A stretch of DNA of 64,000 nt from the human T2T-CHM13v2.0 reference genome, Homo sapiens, in assembly GCF_009914755.1 (NCBI RefSeq), contig NC_060928.1. One strand, 5' to 3'. Every line of letters begins with the position of its first letter. Positions within the stretch are counted from its first letter, which is position 1. The notes beneath the pieces were generated by a model. That model was not told the origin of the DNA. It made no database searches and was given only the letters and a program-made list of their open reading frames with translations. Below are positions 60,601-64,000 of the stretch, piece after piece. The translations under genes and the position numbers were made by a program.

Positions 60601-63600
60601 TGTGCAGTATATAATATATAGTTTGGGTTGTTTGATATTTTATGTACAGTATATAATATATAGTTTGGGTAGTTTGATATTTTAAGTACAGTATGTAATA
60701 TATAGTTTGTGTTATTTGATATTTTATGTACAGTATGCAATATATAGTATTGGTACTTTGATATTTCAAGTAAAGTATATAGTTTGAGTACTTTGATATT
60801 TTATATACAGTTTATTATAAATGTTAGGGTACCTTCATATTTTATGTACAGTATATAATACATACTTTGGGAACTTTTATTTTATGTGCAGTATATAATA
60901 CATACTTTGGGTACTTTGATATTTTATGTACAGTATATAATACACAGTTTGGGTACTTTGATATTTTATGTACAGTATATAATACACACTTTGGGTACTT
61001 TGATATTTTATGTACAGTATATAATACATACTTTGGGTACTTTGATGTATTATGTACAGTATATAATACATACGTTGGGTACTTTGATATTTTATGTACA
61101 GTACATAATACATACTTTGGGTACTTTGATATTTTATGTACAGTATGTAATACATAATTTGGGTACTTTAATATTTTATGTATAGTATATAATACATACT
61201 TCTTTGGGTACTTTCATATTTTATGGACAGTGTATAATACATACTTTGGGTACTTTGATATTTTATGTACAGTATATAATATATAGTTTGGGTAGTTTGA
61301 TATTTTATATACAGTATATAATACATACTTTGGGTACTTTGATATTTTGTGTACAGTATATAATACATACTTTGGGTACTTTGATATTTTATGTACAGTA
61401 TACAATATATAGTTTGAGTACTTTAATATTTTATGTGCAGTATACAATATATAGTTTGAGTACTTTAATATTTTATGTGCAGTATAAAATATATAGTGTT
61501 GGTAGTTTGATGTTTTATGTACAGTATATATTTTGAGTACTTTGATATTTTATGTAGAGTTTATTATAAATGTTTGGGTGCTTTCATATTTGATGTACAG
61601 TATATAATACATAATTTGGGAACTTTGATATTTTATATACAGTATATAATACCTACTTTGGGTACTTTTATATTTTATGTACAGTATATAATACATACTT
61701 TGGGTACTTTGATATTTAATGTACAGTATATAATACACACTTTGCATACTTTGATATTTTATGTACAGTATATAATACATACTTTGGGTACTTTGATATT
61801 TTATGTACAGTATGCAATATATAGTTTGAGTACTTTGATATTTTATGTACTGTATAAAATATATAGTTTTGGTACTTTGAGATTTTAAGTACAGTATATA
61901 GTTTGAGTAATTTGATATTTTATGTACAGTTTATTATAAATGTTTGGGTAGTTTCATATTTGATGTACAGTATATAATACATAATTTGGGCACTTTGATA
62001 TTTTATGCACAGTATATAATACATACCTTGGGTCCTTTTATATTTTATGTACAGTATATAATACATACTTTGGGTACTTTGATATTTAATGTACAGTATA
62101 TAATGCACACTTTGCGTACTGTGATATTTTATGTACAGGATGTAATACATACTTTGGGTAGTTTGATATTTTATGTACAGTATGTAATACACACTTTGGG
62201 TACTTTGATATTTTATGTAGAGTATGTAAAACATACTTTGGGTAGTTTGATATTTTATGATCAGTATATAATACACATTTTGGGTATTTTGATATTTTAT
62301 GTACAGTGTATAATACATACTTTGGGTACTTTGATATTTTATGTACAGGATATAATGCATACTTTGGGTACTTTGATAGTTTATGTACAGTATATAATAC
62401 ATACTTTGGGTACTTTGATATTTTATGTATAGTATAAAATATATAGTTTGGGTAGTTTGATATTTTATGTACAGTATGTAAAACATACTTTGGGGAGTTT
62501 GATATTTTATGTACAGTATGTAAAACATACTTTGGGGAGTTTGATATTTTATGAACAGTATATAATACACATTTTGTGTATTTTGATATTTTATGTACAG
62601 TATATAATACATACTTTGGGTACTTTGATATTTTATGTACAGTATATATTACATACTTTGGGTACTTTGATATTTTATGTACAGTATACAATATATAGTT
62701 TGAGTTCTTTGATATTTTATGTACTGTATAAAATATATAGTTTTGGTACTTTGATATTTTATGTACAGTATATAGTTTGAGTACTTTGATATTTTATGTA
62801 CAGTTTGTTATAAATGTTTGGGTGCTTTCATATTTTATGTACTGTATATAATACATGCTTTGGGCACTTTGATATTTTATGTACAGTATATAATACATAC
62901 TTTGGGTACTCTGATATTTTATGTACAGTGTATAATACATACTTTGGGTACTTTGATATTTTATGTACAGTATATAATACATACATTGGGTACTTTGATA
63001 TATTATGTACAGTATATAATACTTACTTGGGGTACTTTGATACTTTATGTACAGTATATAATACATAGTTTGTGTACTTTGATATTTTATGTACAGTATA
63101 TAATACATACTTTGGGTACTTTGATATTTTATGTACAGTATATAATACATACTTTGGGTATCTTGACATTTTATGTACAGTATATAATGCATACTTTGGG
63201 TACTTTGATATTTTATGTACAGTATATAATGCATACTTTGGGTACTTTGATATTTTATGTACAGTATGTAATACATACTTTGGGTACTTTGATATTTTAT
63301 GTATAGTATATAATACATACTTTGTGTAGTTTGATATTTTATGTACAGTATACAATATATAGTTTGAGTACTTTGTTATTTTATGTCCAGTTTAAAATAT
63401 ATAGTTTTCGTAATTGATATTTTATGTACAGAATATAGTTTGAGTACTTTGATATTTTATGTACACTTTATTATAAATGTTTGGGTACTTTCATATTTTA
63501 TGTACAGTATATAATACATACATTGGTCTCTTTGATGTTTTATGTACAGTATATAATACATACTTTGGGTTCTTTGATATTTTATGTACAGAATATAATG

Positions 63601-64000
63601 CATAGTATTAGGTACTTTTATATTTTATGTACAGTATATAATACATACTTTGGGTACTTTTATATTTTATGTACAGTATATAATACATACTTTGGGTACT
63701 TTGATATTTAATGTACAGTATATAATGCACACTTTGCGTACTGTGATATTTTATGTAAAGTATGTAATACATACTGTGGGTAGTTTGATATTTTATGTAC
63801 AGTATGTAATACACACTTTGGGTACTTTGATATTTTATGTATAGTATATAATACATACTTTGGGTACTTTGATATTTTATGTACAGTATGTAATACATAA
63901 TTTGGGTAATTTAATATTTTATGTATAGTATATAATACATACTTTGGGTACTTTGATATTTTATGGACAGTGTATAATACATACTTTGGGTACTTTGATA
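45640..64000 (+). repeat. ~6.2-kb higher-order repeat region: two complete 10-block units of 6,169 bp and a third truncated by the window end
   Basis: The diagnostic junction gagtacattgat...aaatgtttggatac starts blocks at 45640, 51809 and 57978. Homologous ORFs are offset by 6,127, 6,169 or 6,211 bp (e.g. 47931, 54142, 60353). Confidence 0.85.

Larger units (their letters stand above)
1..64000. repeat. Human Satellite 1A (HSat1A / SAR / classical Satellite I) 42-bp tandem array, about 1,500 monomers, one orientation, running off both window ends
   Basis: Perfect consensus monomer at 2579-2620 (GTACTTTGATATTTTATGTACAGTATATAATACATACTTTGG). GTAC sites give alternating 17-bp and 25-bp units, the classical Satellite I description. 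All ORF translations are 14-aa periodic (GTLIFYVQYIIHTL, KYQSTQSMYYILYI). Confidence 0.95.

Noticed and set aside
95-63898. Hundreds of ORFs (60-437 aa) as protein-coding genes
   Set aside because: All are 14-aa periodic translations of the 42-bp monomer. They overlap on both strands, many start at TTG, they are broken by stops and frameshifts among near-identical copies, and they show no recognisable domain.
1-64000. CRISPR array or other repeat-spacer system (17-bp 'repeat' with 25-bp 'spacer')
   Set aside because: The 25-bp parts are variants of one sequence, not unique spacers. There is no leader and no cas genes.
1-64000. Alpha satellite, CENP-B boxes, HSat1B, HSat2/3 or telomeric repeats
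   Set aside because: No 171-bp period, no CENP-B box seen, no Alu-derived sequence, and no CATTC or TTAGGG repeats.
1-64000. Embedded transposon, unique island or strand inversion
   Set aside because: None seen. The T-rich strand stays on plus throughout and every line fits the monomer.
1-64000. Assignment to a specific chromosome or species
   Set aside because: HSat1A occurs on several human chromosomes (3, 4 and the acrocentrics) and related arrays exist in apes. Alignment to assemblies is needed.

Overview
The whole 64 kb window is one uninterrupted, single-orientation, AT-rich (consensus about 24% GC, no CpG) tandem satellite. The consensus monomer is 42 bp, GTACTTTGATATTTTAT-GTACAGTATATAATACATACTTTGG: alternating 17-bp and 25-bp subunits delimited by GTAC (RsaI) sites. 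This matches human/hominid classical Satellite I (HSat1A, RepeatMasker SAR), found in pericentromeric and acrocentric short-arm heterochromatin. I see no genes, RNA genes, transposons or inversions. Every ORF in the track is a by-product of a 14-codon repeat that is open in 4 of 6 frames. The informative structure is higher-order. About 94 recurring junctions (a 35-bp then a 41-bp monomer, counted by eye) cut the array into blocks of 42n-8 bp. The blocks form a ~6.2-kb, 10-block higher-order unit in the right third, and shuffled or duplicated derivatives elsewhere (offsets 36,474, 13,279, 5,766 and others). Several recombination scars can be read directly. The functional ideas (Pumilio and TCF/LEF motif arrays, junction TATA/polyA signals) are motif-level hypotheses only. 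Species and chromosome cannot be determined from the sequence alone.
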